This document shows, one piece after another, positions 9,203 through 18,363 of a DNA stretch of 29,136 bases (its first letter is position 1; every line of letters begins with the position of its first letter). Below the pieces are notes generated by a model. The model searched no databases. It was not told where the DNA came from and saw only the letters and a program-made list of their open reading frames with translations. The translations under genes were made by a program, and so were the position numbers. Source of the stretch: Thainema sp. (lineage in GTDB: Bacteria > Cyanobacteriota > Cyanobacteriia > Phormidesmidales > Phormidesmidaceae); contig JBQLZK010000075.1 in NCBI GenBank assembly GCA_052168235.1, positions 1 to 29,136 on the forward strand, in the 5' to 3' direction.

Positions 9203-10438
9203 ATGACCAGAATTAACGACAACTATCTGAAACTGAAAGCGGGATATCTGTTTCCCGAAATTGCTCGACGGGTGAATGCTTTCGTTGAGGCCAACCCCGA
9301 TGCACCGATTATCAAACTGGGCATTGGCGACGTTACCGAACCACTGCCCGCAGCCTGCCGCTCCGCCATGATCAAAGCGGTAGAAGAAATGGGCAATCGT
9401 GACACCTTCAAAGGCTATGGCCCTGAGCAAGGCTATCTGTGGCTGCGCGAAAAGATTGCCGCCCACGATTTTCAGGCGCGGGGCTGCGATATTGATCCGT
9501 CTGAAATTTTTGTGTCGGATGGGGCCAAATGCGATACGGGTAACATCCTCGATATTTTTGGTAAAGACAACAAGATTGCCGTCACTGATCCGGTTTATCC
9601 CGTTTACGTCGATACCAACGTGATGGCAGGTCACACAGGCGACGCCAACGACAAGGGCGAGTATGACAGATTAGTGTACTTGCCGATTACGGCTGAAAAC
9701 GGCTTTACGGCAGCGATCCCCAGCGAAAAGGTTGATCTAATCTATCTCTGCTTCCCCAACAACCCCACAGGCGTGGTTGCCAGCAGAGAATACCTGAAGC
9801 AGTGGGTCGATTACGCTAAATCGCACGGTTCGATCATTCTGTTCGACGCGGCCTACGAAGCGTTCATTACCGATGACGCGATTCCCCACTCGATTTATGA
9901 AATTGAAGGGGCACGGAACTGCGCGATTGAGTTTCGCTCCTACTCCAAGAATGCTGGCTTTACGGGTACGCGCTGCGCCTATACCGTCGTGCCCAAAGGT
10001 TTAATGGGTAAAGCGGCTGATGGTTCCGATGTAGAGCTACACAAACTTTGGAATCGCCGTCAATCTACCAAGTTCAATGGTGTGTCTTACATCATTCAGC
10101 GGGGGGCAGAGGCGATTTATTCTGAAGCTGGACAACAGCAGACGAAAGAACTGATCCAGTTCTACCTAGAAAACGCCAAGATCATTCGCGAAAAGCTATC
10201 GGATGCTGGTTTGACCGTCTACGGCGGTGTACATGCACCGTATATCTGGGTGCAGACGCCCAATGGCCTATCGAGCTGGGACTTCTTTGACAAGCTATTG
10301 CAGGTTTGCCATGTAGTCGGTACGCCCGGATCAGGCTTCGGTGCTGCCGGAGAAGGCTACTTCCGAATTTCGGCCTTCAACAGCCGCGCCAATGTGGAAG
10401 AAGCAATGCGACGCATTACCAAAACGTTCAAGGCATAA
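9203..10438 (+). CDS. dapL: LL-diaminopimelate aminotransferase
   Basis: [36 protein letters not shown] and the PLP-lysine motif [12 protein letters not shown]. Confidence 0.97.
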   Translation: MTRINDNYLKLKAGYLFPEIARRVNAFVEANPDAPIIKLGIGDVTEPLPAACRSAMIKAVEEMGNRDTFKGYGPEQGYLWLREKIAAHDFQARGCDIDPSEIFVSDGAKCDTGNILDIFGKDNKIAVTDPVYPVYVDTNVMAGHTGDANDKGEYDRLVYLPITAENGFTAAIPSEKVDLIYLCFPNNPTGVVASREYLKQWVDYAKSHGSIILFDAAYEAFITDDAIPHSIYEIEGARNCAIEFRSYSKNAGFTGTRCAYTVVPKGLMGKAADGSDVELHKLWNRRQSTKFNGVSYIIQRGAEAIYSEAGQQQTKELIQFYLENAKIIREKLSDAGLTVYGGVHAPYIWVQTPNGLSSWDFFDKLLQVCHVVGTPGSGFGAAGEGYFRISAFNSRANVEEAMRRITKTFKA

Positions 10439-10458
10439 TAGCGATTCCCGTGAACCCG

Positions 10459-10492
10459 AAAGGCAAGCGCCGCTAGGGCTCTTGCCTTTTTT
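10459..10492 (+). terminator. Rho-independent terminator after dapL
   Basis: AAAGGCAAGCGCC-GCTAG-GGCTCTTGCC followed by T6. Confidence 0.75.
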
Positions 10493-10517
10493 GGTATTTG
10501 GTTGATAACTCGCCAGT

Positions 10518-11039
10518 TTATTCAATGCCCCAGATGAGCTGAATTAGGCGACCGACTAGCCAGCCCAGCAGGGCATACACAATCATCGCCACCAGCAGGT
10601 TGACATCGAAAATTGATGCGCCACCGCCAAATGTGGGGCTAATGAACAGCGTTGAGAACGGTGCCACAAAGGGAGCGGAAAAGTCGTAAATGACTTGGGC
10701 AAACTGATTATCTGGATTCGCACCAAACAGCCGCAGGAAGAAGCGAATGAGCAGCAGAACCTCCAGCGCACCGACGAGAAAGTAGATAATTGCGATCGCA
10801 CGATCCACGACCGTTTGCCGACGAGCAACGGCTAATCGCTGTTCTTCGCGCGCTAGCTGCTGCTCTTCGCGCTCTCGCGCCCGCAGTTGCTGTTCACGCT
10901 GATAGTCCGGATGATAGTTGCCAGAATCCATGTATTCAGGATCTGCAACATTGGGCGGATGATCAGCGCGATTTTGATAATTGGGATTGTAATTCGGATC
11001 GTTATAGTCGTTTTCCCGATCAGTTGGATGATTTGCCAT
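10518..11039 (-). CDS. YggT family membrane protein with hydrophilic N-terminal extension
   Basis: LLLIRFFLRLFGANPDNQFAQVIYDFSAPFVAPF. ATG at 11039 (TTG 11042 in the track). Confidence 0.82.
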   Translation of the reverse strand: MANHPTDRENDYNDPNYNPNYQNRADHPPNVADPEYMDSGNYHPDYQREQQLRAREREEQQLAREEQRLAVARRQTVVDRAIAIIYFLVGALEVLLLIRFFLRLFGANPDNQFAQVIYDFSAPFVAPFSTLFISPTFGGGASIFDVNLLVAMIVYALLGWLVGRLIQLIWGIE

Positions 11040-11190
11040 CAATCAGTCTTCAAATATTAAGAGCTCTAAAATAGCGGAACTTAAATAATAGGTGCAGAAA
11101 ATACCTATAATCCCCTGCCTAAAATAGCGAGCAATTCGATTTGCTTCAACTACTCTAGGTTAGATTTGACTTACGTTATGTAAAGTCTGC

Positions 11191-11703
11191 CTAGTCTGCT
11201 ACTGCGCCGACGATTGCGCTTAGCACCCAAACCGAAACACCAATAGCGGCCACGATTATTAGCAGAAGCAGGCCAATTAAGACGAGGGCAAAGGCTCGAT
11301 CAGCTCGGCGACTGGTTCTGGGGTTAGCCAGATGTTTCTCCAGCAGGCGGACATTGCGAGCATTCGCTTTCCAGGCAAAGTCAAAGAAGTCTCCAACAAA
11401 GGGAATCGTACCCACAATTACTTCCAGCAGTACGTTCCAGACCATCCGGATCATTGCGCTGCGCGGCATTCCCAGCAGTGCTGCTTCCCAAATAATGTAG
11501 GCCGAAATCAGTCCCGTCACCGTATCACCACCACCCGGCAACAGACCAATCAGCGGATCAACGCCAAATCGATAATCCGTACCCGGAACTGCGATCGCAT
11601 TATCTAGTAGGTGGCTTAACGCCCGTACTCGCTCAAGCCCAGAGCGCTGTCTCGGTTCAACTGGAGACGGATCGGGTGAATGGGGTGGCTGCATGGGGTT
11701 CAT
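11191..11703 (-). CDS. DUF4112 domain membrane protein (second paralogue)
   Basis: LLDNAIAVPGTDYRFGVDPLIGLLPGGGD and IPFVGDFFDFAWKANARN, plus an extra C-terminal TM helix. Confidence 0.9.
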   Translation of the reverse strand: MNPMQPPHSPDPSPVEPRQRSGLERVRALSHLLDNAIAVPGTDYRFGVDPLIGLLPGGGDTVTGLISAYIIWEAALLGMPRSAMIRMVWNVLLEVIVGTIPFVGDFFDFAWKANARNVRLLEKHLANPRTSRRADRAFALVLIGLLLLIIVAAIGVSVWVLSAIVGAVAD

Positions 11704-11711
11704 CAATGGGT

Positions 11712-12128
11712 TTAGTCTTTAGCATCTGGCGTTTGGTCGTCGATGTATTCTCGCCAGCGGATGATTTTGCCGTCTTGAATATCAACTGCGATCGCATCTT
11801 CGGCGATATCGACTTTTCCGGATTCGCTATTTGTTTGTCGCCACGTCCATTCCAGCATGGCGCGATTGCCAGCAACGATAATGTGGTGAATCTCAATCTC
11901 AATCTGATCGTTCGTGGCAGCGAACTCTTCTAATAGAGACTGAATTTGGAGTTTACCCTGCGATCGCGTTCCAGGCACAATTAATTCCCCATCGTCAGCA
12001 AAAAGGCTCATCAGCATCGCCACATCCTTCTGTTCCCAAGCCTGCTTTGCCGTCTCAATTAGGGTTTGAATCTGTTCAGAGATCATTGATCTGTCATCTT
12101 TGTCATCTACAAGTGAGTGCAGTCCCAT
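11712..12128 (-). CDS. SnoaL-like / NTF2 fold protein
   Basis: AWEQKDVAMLMSLFADDG...GNRAMLEW...DGKIIRWREYID. Alternative start at 12086. Confidence 0.85.
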   Translation of the reverse strand: MGLHSLVDDKDDRSMISEQIQTLIETAKQAWEQKDVAMLMSLFADDGELIVPGTRSQGKLQIQSLLEEFAATNDQIEIEIHHIIVAGNRAMLEWTWRQTNSESGKVDIAEDAIAVDIQDGKIIRWREYIDDQTPDAKD

Positions 12129-12281
12129 TATCCCGGCTGATTACCTCGATGCCAGTCTTTTGTCTTCGGCAGCAAAATGCTCCATACTCGATTTTGGTGC
12201 AAAATTGAGGTATGCCCGATCCCGATTCTGAGAAAAATGTAACAATTTATTTATAGTTGCCGAGCATATATCCTGATTTTC

Positions 12282-13277
12282 ATGACCTTAATTCGTGTAC
12301 CAAAACCTTGGCAAATCGAGCGACAACCCATCACAAGCGAAACGGCTTTTATAAACCGCCGTCGCTTTATGAAAGGAGTGATCAGTACAGGGATTGGAGC
12401 AGCCGCCTTGCCGTTAACGGGCTGCCAGCGACAGCCCGATGGAATGGATTCAGAGTTACAGAAGACGTTACGGACTCCTGCGTTACGTTCTATCCCGACA
12501 AATGCCGATTTTGCCGATCCAGGCCGTCCCATCACTGAACAAATTTACGCCAGCAGCTACAACAACTATTACGAGTTTGGCAGCACCAAGCAAATTTGGC
12601 GCAAGGCACAAGACTTACCAACCGAAAATTGGCAGGTAGAAGTCACAGGACTCGTCAATAATCCCCGCATTTATGACAAAGACGATCTGACACGGACGTT
12701 TGAATTAGAGGAGCGTATCTATCGATTTCGCTGCGTTGAAGCCTGGGCAATGGTCGTGCCCTGGATTGGATTTCCTATGCGTGCCCTATTAGAAGCCGCC
12801 GACCCCAAACCACAGGCCAAATTTGTTCGCTTCACCTCTTTCTACGACTCCCAAATTGCCACTGGTCCTGCTTGGCCACCTTCCGCCTACATGCCCTGGC
12901 CCTATACCGAAGGGTTGCGGATCGAGGAAATGGCCAATGAGCTGGCCTTTTTTGCCGTGGGCATCTATGGACGCGAACTGCCCAAACAGCACGGTGCGCC
13001 AATCCGCATGGTGCTGCCGTGGAAATATGGCTTCAAAGGCGGCAAGGCAATCGTCAAAATCGAATTTATCGAGGAGCAACCCGCCACGTTTTGGAATACT
13101 CAAGTCCCCAACGAATACGATTTTGAGGCCAACGTCAATCCCAACAAGCCTCACCCCCGTTGGTCGCAGGCTGAGGAGCGAATTGTCGGCTCAGGCAGCA
13201 ATCCCTATCTCTGGGAGAAGCAGCCAACGTTGCTCTACAACGGCTACAGCGAATACGTTGCAGATCTCTATACGTAG
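12282..13277 (+). CDS. msrP: Protein-methionine-sulfoxide reductase catalytic subunit (molybdoenzyme)
   Basis: Tat motif RRRFMK; YNNYYEF, RFRCVEAW (Mo-ligand Cys), HGAPIRMVLPWKYGFK and NVNPNKPHPRWSQA. Confidence 0.95.
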   Translation: MTLIRVPKPWQIERQPITSETAFINRRRFMKGVISTGIGAAALPLTGCQRQPDGMDSELQKTLRTPALRSIPTNADFADPGRPITEQIYASSYNNYYEFGSTKQIWRKAQDLPTENWQVEVTGLVNNPRIYDKDDLTRTFELEERIYRFRCVEAWAMVVPWIGFPMRALLEAADPKPQAKFVRFTSFYDSQIATGPAWPPSAYMPWPYTEGLRIEEMANELAFFAVGIYGRELPKQHGAPIRMVLPWKYGFKGGKAIVKIEFIEEQPATFWNTQVPNEYDFEANVNPNKPHPRWSQAEERIVGSGSNPYLWEKQPTLLYNGYSEYVADLYT

Positions 13278-13306
13278 AATCGCTACACATGGAGATTCTC
13301 ATCCAA

Positions 13307-13450
13307 CAGAGAAATAGTTAGGAGACAGGGTAGTTTTCAACGGAAATGCTGGTTTGTTGTATGAGCAATGCCCACACAACAAACCAGCATTTCCTGAAGA
13401 TCACTATCGGGAAAAGTATGTAGTGCGTATTTCCTCTAACTACTTCTCTG
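13307..13450. mobile_element. MITE-like element with an internal hairpin
   Basis: Ends CAGAGAAATAGTTAG / CTAACTACTTCTCTG (14/15); internal inverted repeat 13342-13394 with 19 perfect bp and a GC-AAT-GC apex. Confidence 0.55.
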
Positions 13451-13459
13451 GATGTTTAT

Positions 13460-13549
13460 TAGACCTTATCGGAAATTGTTTTGTAGCGCGGTGGAGCCGC
13501 GCTACAAAACAATTTCCAATCCCAAAAACTTTATTTCCAATAAAGTCTA
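13460..13549. mobile_element. MITE-like element with an internal hairpin
   Basis: Ends TAGACCTTATCGGAAAT / ATTTCCAATAAAGTCTA (15/17); internal perfect 21-bp inverted repeat 13471-13491 / 13497-13517. Confidence 0.65.
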
Positions 13550-13585
13550 TTCATGTCAAATTACTCATAACCATCTGTTTTTTCC

Positions 13586-14395
13586 ATGACTTGGCAATAT
13601 TTACTGCATCATCTAGGACATTGGCGTGGCTCATTTACTCGCCTATCCCCCTACGGAGAACTCAATGAAGATATTCCGTCTCTCGTCACATTAGACGGAC
13701 TCGATGACAACACGAAAATTCGCCAAGTTGTGCAGCATTTTGACCCTCACACTCAAGCTGTCACGTATGAAAAAGTACTGGAATATGGCTCCCTCAGCCG
13801 CAGTACCTTAATTTTTGCAGATGGCTCATTTTCCCAAGGTTCCATGCAGCTTGGCCCCTTTGATACCTTTGGTGCTGAGTTTGGCTTTGTCGATTGCGAT
13901 CGCAGATTGCGACTTGTGCAGCTCTTCGAGTCCGGCGGCACCTTTGATCAGATCACGCTCATTCGAGAACATCGTGAGGGCACCCCAGAGCCCCAGCGCG
14001 TCGATTTAGCAATTGACCAACTGCTCGGTACCTGGCAGGGGGAACTGACGACAATTTATCCTGATTTGCGATCGCCCACCGTCGCCACGTCAACCTTGCA
14101 TCTGGCCCGCAACGACAATCAAATCCAGCAAACCTTACACAGCGAGGGCTTCAGCCTCTCTACCTCCGCCAAACTCGACGGCAATCGACTTCTATTTGAA
14201 AGCGGCACTCAAGTCCTCTTCCTACCTGATGGCGCATCCTCAACCTGTCCCCTGCAACTGCCCAAAGGACGTCCCTTTCAAATCGAAGTTGGCTGGCTCG
14301 TTGCCCCCGATCGTCGCCTGCGGATGATCCGCCGCTACGATGCCCAAGGCGGTTGGTCCAGCCTGGTTCTCGTCAAAGAACATAAAATCGGCTAG
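13586..14395 (+). CDS. DUF3598 family protein
   Basis: W..LLHHLGHWRGSFTR, GSFSQGS, RRLRLVQLF, LPDGASSTCP and RMIRRYDAQGGW. Confidence 0.85.
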   Translation: MTWQYLLHHLGHWRGSFTRLSPYGELNEDIPSLVTLDGLDDNTKIRQVVQHFDPHTQAVTYEKVLEYGSLSRSTLIFADGSFSQGSMQLGPFDTFGAEFGFVDCDRRLRLVQLFESGGTFDQITLIREHREGTPEPQRVDLAIDQLLGTWQGELTTIYPDLRSPTVATSTLHLARNDNQIQQTLHSEGFSLSTSAKLDGNRLLFESGTQVLFLPDGASSTCPLQLPKGRPFQIEVGWLVAPDRRLRMIRRYDAQGGWSSLVLVKEHKIG

Positions 14396-14426
14396 CGATC
14401 GCACTTTAACAGATCCACAAGCAAAG

Positions 14427-14484
14427 CCGGATTATTTTTAAGGCAAATCGTACAATATCCATTTTTGCCTTAAAAATAATCCGG
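14427..14484. terminator. 21-bp perfect inverted repeat with 16-nt loop between convergent genes
   Basis: CCGGATTATTTTTAAGGCAAA / TTTGCCTTAAAAATAATCCGG. Confidence 0.6.
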
Positions 14485-14516
14485 TTTTCGACAGGGCACT
14501 CACCACGCAGCACCTG

Positions 14517-14708
14517 CTATTCCTCTGCCCAGGCGTCTTTCCAAAGCGTTGCCTCGGTGGGCACTAAAACCTGACCATCGGCGGTGCGAGAACTGAGACT
14601 ATAAACCAACGGGACAAGCCCCATCGCAAAAGAAGCGACAAGCACCAACAAAACGGTTGCAATTTTGTCGTCAAGCTCGTCGGCACGGGTTTGTTGATGA
14701 TGTCTCAT
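14517..14708 (-). CDS. Small hypothetical single-TM protein (63 aa)
   Basis: GAAAGGG 8 nt before ATG 14708; hydrophobic IATVLLVLVASFAMGLVPLVY. Confidence 0.6.
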   Translation of the reverse strand: MRHHQQTRADELDDKIATVLLVLVASFAMGLVPLVYSLSSRTADGQVLVPTEATLWKDAWAEE

Positions 14709-15354
14709 GATGGAAACCCTTTCGGTACACTCATTTGCTTCAAAACGGATCGGCACAAATCAGCATAGATACAGGTTGAAGCAACAGCATTATTTTAATT
14801 TGAGAACAGTATTAGATATTACACTTTTCAAGAAAGTTGACGATTTTCATGCGGAAAACGCATAAATTTGATGCAAATCTAGGATTTAATCAGTAATTTT
14901 CAAAACAATGACCAATAGTCTGCAACAGATCATGCTGCGCTGCAGCAGAATGCCTCAAAAATATAGAGCAACGCAATTATCAAACCTGCGATCGCGCCTG
15001 CATATTCGTTCAATCGCTAGACACATATTGGATTAAATGTACTATCATCTAACTCGGCAGTGCAGTTAACCCTCTCTACAAACCCAACTCTCTCTACAAT
15101 CCTCAACTTTTTACTCCCTCCCACACTCTCTACAACCCTTTGCAGCCCCTCCCCCAATGTATCGATCTGTATCAAGTGATTTAAATCATGCCCAGCATCA
15201 TTTACAATCACGCATCGCTCGGTGATCCGTCACGGTAGAAACTCACTGCATTGTCTATCGTGAAGATAGGTTGGATTGGAAGCGCGATCGCAACATTCAA
15301 CTAACCCAACCCGTCATCATCATCAACCATTCCCGCTACACCAAGGAGTTCCCT

Positions 15355-15474
15355 ATGAATCCCCAATCTTCCAAGGAAATTACCCTCACCAATGGCAACA
15401 CCGTTCGGCAAATTTTCACTCAATCCGGTTTATCCGTTGGCGGGTTTCTACTGCTGATTATCTTGCTTGCATGA
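15355..15474 (+). CDS. Small hypothetical membrane protein (39 aa)
   Basis: AAGGAG 6 nt before ATG; MNPQSSKEITLTNGNTVRQIFTQSGLSVGGFLLLIILLA. Confidence 0.5.
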   Translation: MNPQSSKEITLTNGNTVRQIFTQSGLSVGGFLLLIILLA

Positions 15475-15499
15475 TAGCTAGATGATGGCTACTCACTTG

Positions 15500-16477
15500 T
15501 TAAGCGACTCCCGCCATCACCTTGTCGATACTCTCTTTCACCGATGCGGCTGAGACATGTAGCGCTTCAAGCTCAGCGTCTGACAGATTGAGTTCCACCA
15601 CGTTATGTACACCCTGGCGGCCCAAACGACAGGGAACGCCCAGGAACAAATCCTTCAACCCGTACTCTCCCTGCAAGCAAGCAGCCACAGGCAGCAGATG
15701 AGACTGATCAAGCAAGATTGCTTCCAGCATGACATACACCGATGAGGCCGGGGCGTAGAATGCGCCGCCGGTCTTCATTAATTGCACCACTTCGCCGCCA
15801 CCGTGCCGAGTGCGCTCCACCAACCGTTCAATCGTCGCTGCGTCCATCAATTCAGTAATCGGTACGCCGCTGACGGTAGAGTAGTGGGCCAAGGGCACCA
15901 TCAAGTCGCCATGACCACCCAGCACCATCGCTGAGACATCAGCCGCTGGTACTTTCAGTTCCCAGGCGATGAATGATCGGAAGCGGGCCGAATCGAGTAC
16001 ACCCGCCATTCCCATCACTCGGTTACTTGACAACCCACTCACTTTCCAGGCCAGATAGGCCATCACGTCTAAAGGATTGGTAACGACGATCAGAATGGCA
16101 TTGGGCGAATGTGCGATCGCATTTCGCGTCGCTTCAGTGACGATGCGCGCATTCGTCAGCAGCAAATCATCGCGATCCATGCCCGGTTTACGGGGCAGTC
16201 CTGCCGTAATCACCACCACATCCGAATCAGCGGTATCGGCATAGTCGTTTGTGCCAACAATCGTGCGGCAGTGGCCTTCTAGTCCTTGGGCTTCCATTAA
16301 GTCCAGGGCGATGCCCTGAGGCCGACCTTCGATAATATCGAGCAGCACCACATCGGCCAGCTGTTTCTCTGCAAGGCGCTGCGCCAGGGTACTACCCACA
16401 TTCCCTGCGCCAATTACTGAAACACGAGGAATGAAGCGAGATTGAGACATGGAGGGAAAAATCATGTTGGCTACCAC
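15500..16477 (-). CDS. mdh: Malate dehydrogenase (LDH-like)
   Basis: [37 protein letters not shown] and GGHGD. Start may be 16465 or 16450. Confidence 0.95.
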   Translation of the reverse strand: MVANMIFPSMSQSRFIPRVSVIGAGNVGSTLAQRLAEKQLADVVLLDIIEGRPQGIALDLMEAQGLEGHCRTIVGTNDYADTADSDVVVITAGLPRKPGMDRDDLLLTNARIVTEATRNAIAHSPNAILIVVTNPLDVMAYLAWKVSGLSSNRVMGMAGVLDSARFRSFIAWELKVPAADVSAMVLGGHGDLMVPLAHYSTVSGVPITELMDAATIERLVERTRHGGGEVVQLMKTGGAFYAPASSVYVMLEAILLDQSHLLPVAACLQGEYGLKDLFLGVPCRLGRQGVHNVVELNLSDAELEALHVSAASVKESIDKVMAGVA

Positions 16478-16533
16478 GAAAGATTTTGGTGTGAATCTAT
16501 CGCGCGATCGCAGTCAGCCTTGGGTCTAGAGAC

Positions 16534-16578
16534 TTGAATGTTCAGCAGTACTGCATCGCAGCACTGCCGAACATTCAA
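16534..16578. repeat. 21-bp inverted repeat (2 mismatches) with GC-ATC-GC apex
   Basis: TTGAATGTTCAGCAGTACTGC-ATC-GCAGCACTGCCGAACATTCAA, downstream of ndhO. Confidence 0.75.
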
Positions 16579-16597
16579 ATCCAAGCTCTAAATTTCC

Positions 16598-16816
16598 CTA
16601 GTCTTTGAACTCCTCAAGCTGGTCAAGTCTTAGCCAGATGTTGGGGGTTGGCGTAATCCCAAACTTCACCAGCGCATAGTCATCACGGGTGTCGAGGATT
16701 TCACCAGGAGTTTCAAACAGATAAGGAGGAAATCGGTTATCGCTGGCTTTAGCTTCTACGCTGCCTTCTAACTGCTCGCGAATCACGCGTACCATACTTC
16801 CTTTTTTAACCGCCAT
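16598..16816 (-). CDS. ndhO: NAD(P)H-quinone oxidoreductase (NDH-1) subunit O
   Basis: [29 protein letters not shown]...[12 protein letters not shown]. Confidence 0.96.
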   Translation of the reverse strand: MAVKKGSMVRVIREQLEGSVEAKASDNRFPPYLFETPGEILDTRDDYALVKFGITPTPNIWLRLDQLEEFKD

Positions 16817-16927
16817 AAGCCTCGTTTGTGTGATTTCTTATTGGTTCTTTCAGCATTGTAAGCTGCTTTAACACAAACCTTTACGACTCCTGCGCTGGAT
16901 TGCTGAATATCCGCATAGGCATTTAAT

Positions 16928-16976
16928 CCAAAGGGGCATTTTGCTGCCGCATCGCAGCAGCAAAATGCCCCTTTGG
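16928..16976. repeat. 23-bp inverted repeat (1 mismatch) with GC-ATC-GC apex, just after the mutM stop
   Basis: CCAAAGGGGCATTTTGCTGCCGC-ATC-GCAGCAGCAAAATGCCCCTTTGG. Confidence 0.8.
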
Positions 16977-16978
16977 GG

Positions 16979-17830
16979 TTAATTTTGACGTTGACACTGA
17001 GGACAAAAATGGGCCGAACGTCCCGCTAGCTTGATGCGCTCAATGGTGGTACCACAGACGCGGCAGGGAGTGCGATCGCGACCGTAGACCCAGGCAAGGC
17101 CGCCGTAGTTGCCGTTTACGCCTTGAATATCACGAAAGTCGCTAAACGTCGTGCCACCCTCACCGATGCTGGTTTCTAGCACTTCGATGATCGCGGCGTG
17201 CAGTTTTTCAAGCTGAGCGGACTGCAACTCACTCGCCAGCGTCAGAGGATGAATGTGGCTCATGAATAGCGCTTCGTCGGCATAGATATTGCCAATGCCA
17301 GCAATTAACGATTGTTCGAGCAGCGCATTCTTAATCGGGCGGCGGCGATTTTTGAGTACGCGGCTGAAATAGTCCAGAGAAAACTCATCAGATAGCGGTT
17401 CAGCTCCCAGCTTTTGCAGTCCTGTGATGATACTCTCTGGTGGCTGTCCGGGCGGCACCCACCACATGCGGCCAAACGTGCGCTGATCGACAAATCGGAG
17501 TTCTCGCCGTGCGTCAAAAAATAGACGCACGCGACAGTGCTTCTGCACGGGTTCTGCGGGATCTAACCAAAGTAGCTGTCCGGTCATCCGCAGATGAACT
17601 CCCAGCCAGCCAGCCGCCTGCTCCTGCCGCTGGAGCTGAGCTAATAGGTATTTTCCGCGCCGATGCCAACCGCTGATCGCTGTGCCGACTACTCCATTCA
17701 CAAATTCGGTCGGCACGGCAGGATAGGCAACGGTGCGATCCAGCAGCACCTCGCCCTCGATAATTGATTGATCAAGAGTGACAGCTTCTAAGCCGCGCCG
17801 GACGGTTTCGACTTCGGGCAGTTCAGGCAC
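16979..17830 (-). CDS. mutM: Formamidopyrimidine-DNA glycosylase
   Basis: MPELPEVET, RRGKYL, HLRMTG, GIGNIYADE and a C-terminal zinc finger; GTG start. Confidence 0.97.
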   Translation of the reverse strand: MPELPEVETVRRGLEAVTLDQSIIEGEVLLDRTVAYPAVPTEFVNGVVGTAISGWHRRGKYLLAQLQRQEQAAGWLGVHLRMTGQLLWLDPAEPVQKHCRVRLFFDARRELRFVDQRTFGRMWWVPPGQPPESIITGLQKLGAEPLSDEFSLDYFSRVLKNRRRPIKNALLEQSLIAGIGNIYADEALFMSHIHPLTLASELQSAQLEKLHAAIIEVLETSIGEGGTTFSDFRDIQGVNGNYGGLAWVYGRDRTPCRVCGTTIERIKLAGRSAHFCPQCQRQN

Positions 17831-17860
17831 AATGATATTTAACTATTAAGAAATGTGAAT

Positions 17861-17900
17861 AAAATAGGCATCTAGATCTTGTTATCTAGATGCCTATTTT
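17861..17900 (-). terminator. Terminator after psaE
   Basis: 17-bp perfect arms AAAATAGGCATCTAGAT / ATCTAGATGCCTATTTT. Confidence 0.75.
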
Positions 17901-17929
17901 GTAAAGAAAGTTGAATAACAAGGCGTTAT

Positions 17930-18139
17930 TTACTTACCTTTCTTTTTCGGTGGTGCAACTTCAACAAGCTCGCTTTCGGCGAAATTGTTGGTGTTGACTC
18001 CGGCATAGTTGACGTTACCGAATCGAACAATCACGGGATACTTGATGCCGCTCTGATCGACGGTGGCAACTGTGCCGACATCCTGGTACCAGAAAGACTC
18101 TTTACGCATGACCCGGACTGTGGAACCGCGTTGAACCAT
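17930..18139 (-). CDS. psaE: Photosystem I reaction center subunit IV
   Basis: [25 protein letters not shown]...[19 protein letters not shown]. Confidence 0.98.
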   Translation of the reverse strand: MVQRGSTVRVMRKESFWYQDVGTVATVDQSGIKYPVIVRFGNVNYAGVNTNNFAESELVEVAPPKKKGK

Positions 18140-18275
18140 AACTGTTTCCCTTTTGAGTATTAATGCAAATCATTACAATGATTGTCTTTCAGAGTACTAC
18201 TCTAACGGCTATCTATAGTCAGTTTTTGGTTTAAGTTTTGTTATCACGCCGTTGATTATTGCTAGAACGAATCTA

Positions 18276-18289
18276 GTATCCAGCGCTAC
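18276..18289. promoter_or_regulatory. Candidate NtcA-binding site
   Basis: GTA-TCCAGCGC-TAC between divergent psaE and eda; no canonically spaced -10 box seen. Confidence 0.3.
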
Positions 18290-18363
18290 ATTCGATTTGG
18301 GTCTGTTGATGTTCATCGTGATCCAGCAAAGCCAAATTCGAGTTCAAAACGTTTTGAGGTTGC

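Noticed and set aside
10518..11039. YggT as CCB3 partner of the nearby CCB gene
   Set aside because: CCB3 belongs to the YggT family, but this gene is 3.5 kb away on the other strand and I cannot assign it to the CCB3 clade
7534..13517. Palindromic repeats as CRISPR repeats
   Set aside because: Copies are dispersed, with no regular repeat-spacer array and no cas genes
13354..13668. 104-aa ORF
   Set aside because: Runs through two repeat elements and overlaps the DUF3598 gene out of frame; no protein-like features
14797..14820. Fur-box-like AATTTGAGAACAGTATTAGATATT
   Set aside because: Weak symmetry in AT-rich DNA; not distinguishable from chance
16598..18139. psaE-mutM-ndhO adjacency as a novel photosynthesis/repair module
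   Set aside because: To my knowledge psaE-mutM linkage is already known in cyanobacteria, and a terminator-like hairpin separates the two genes here
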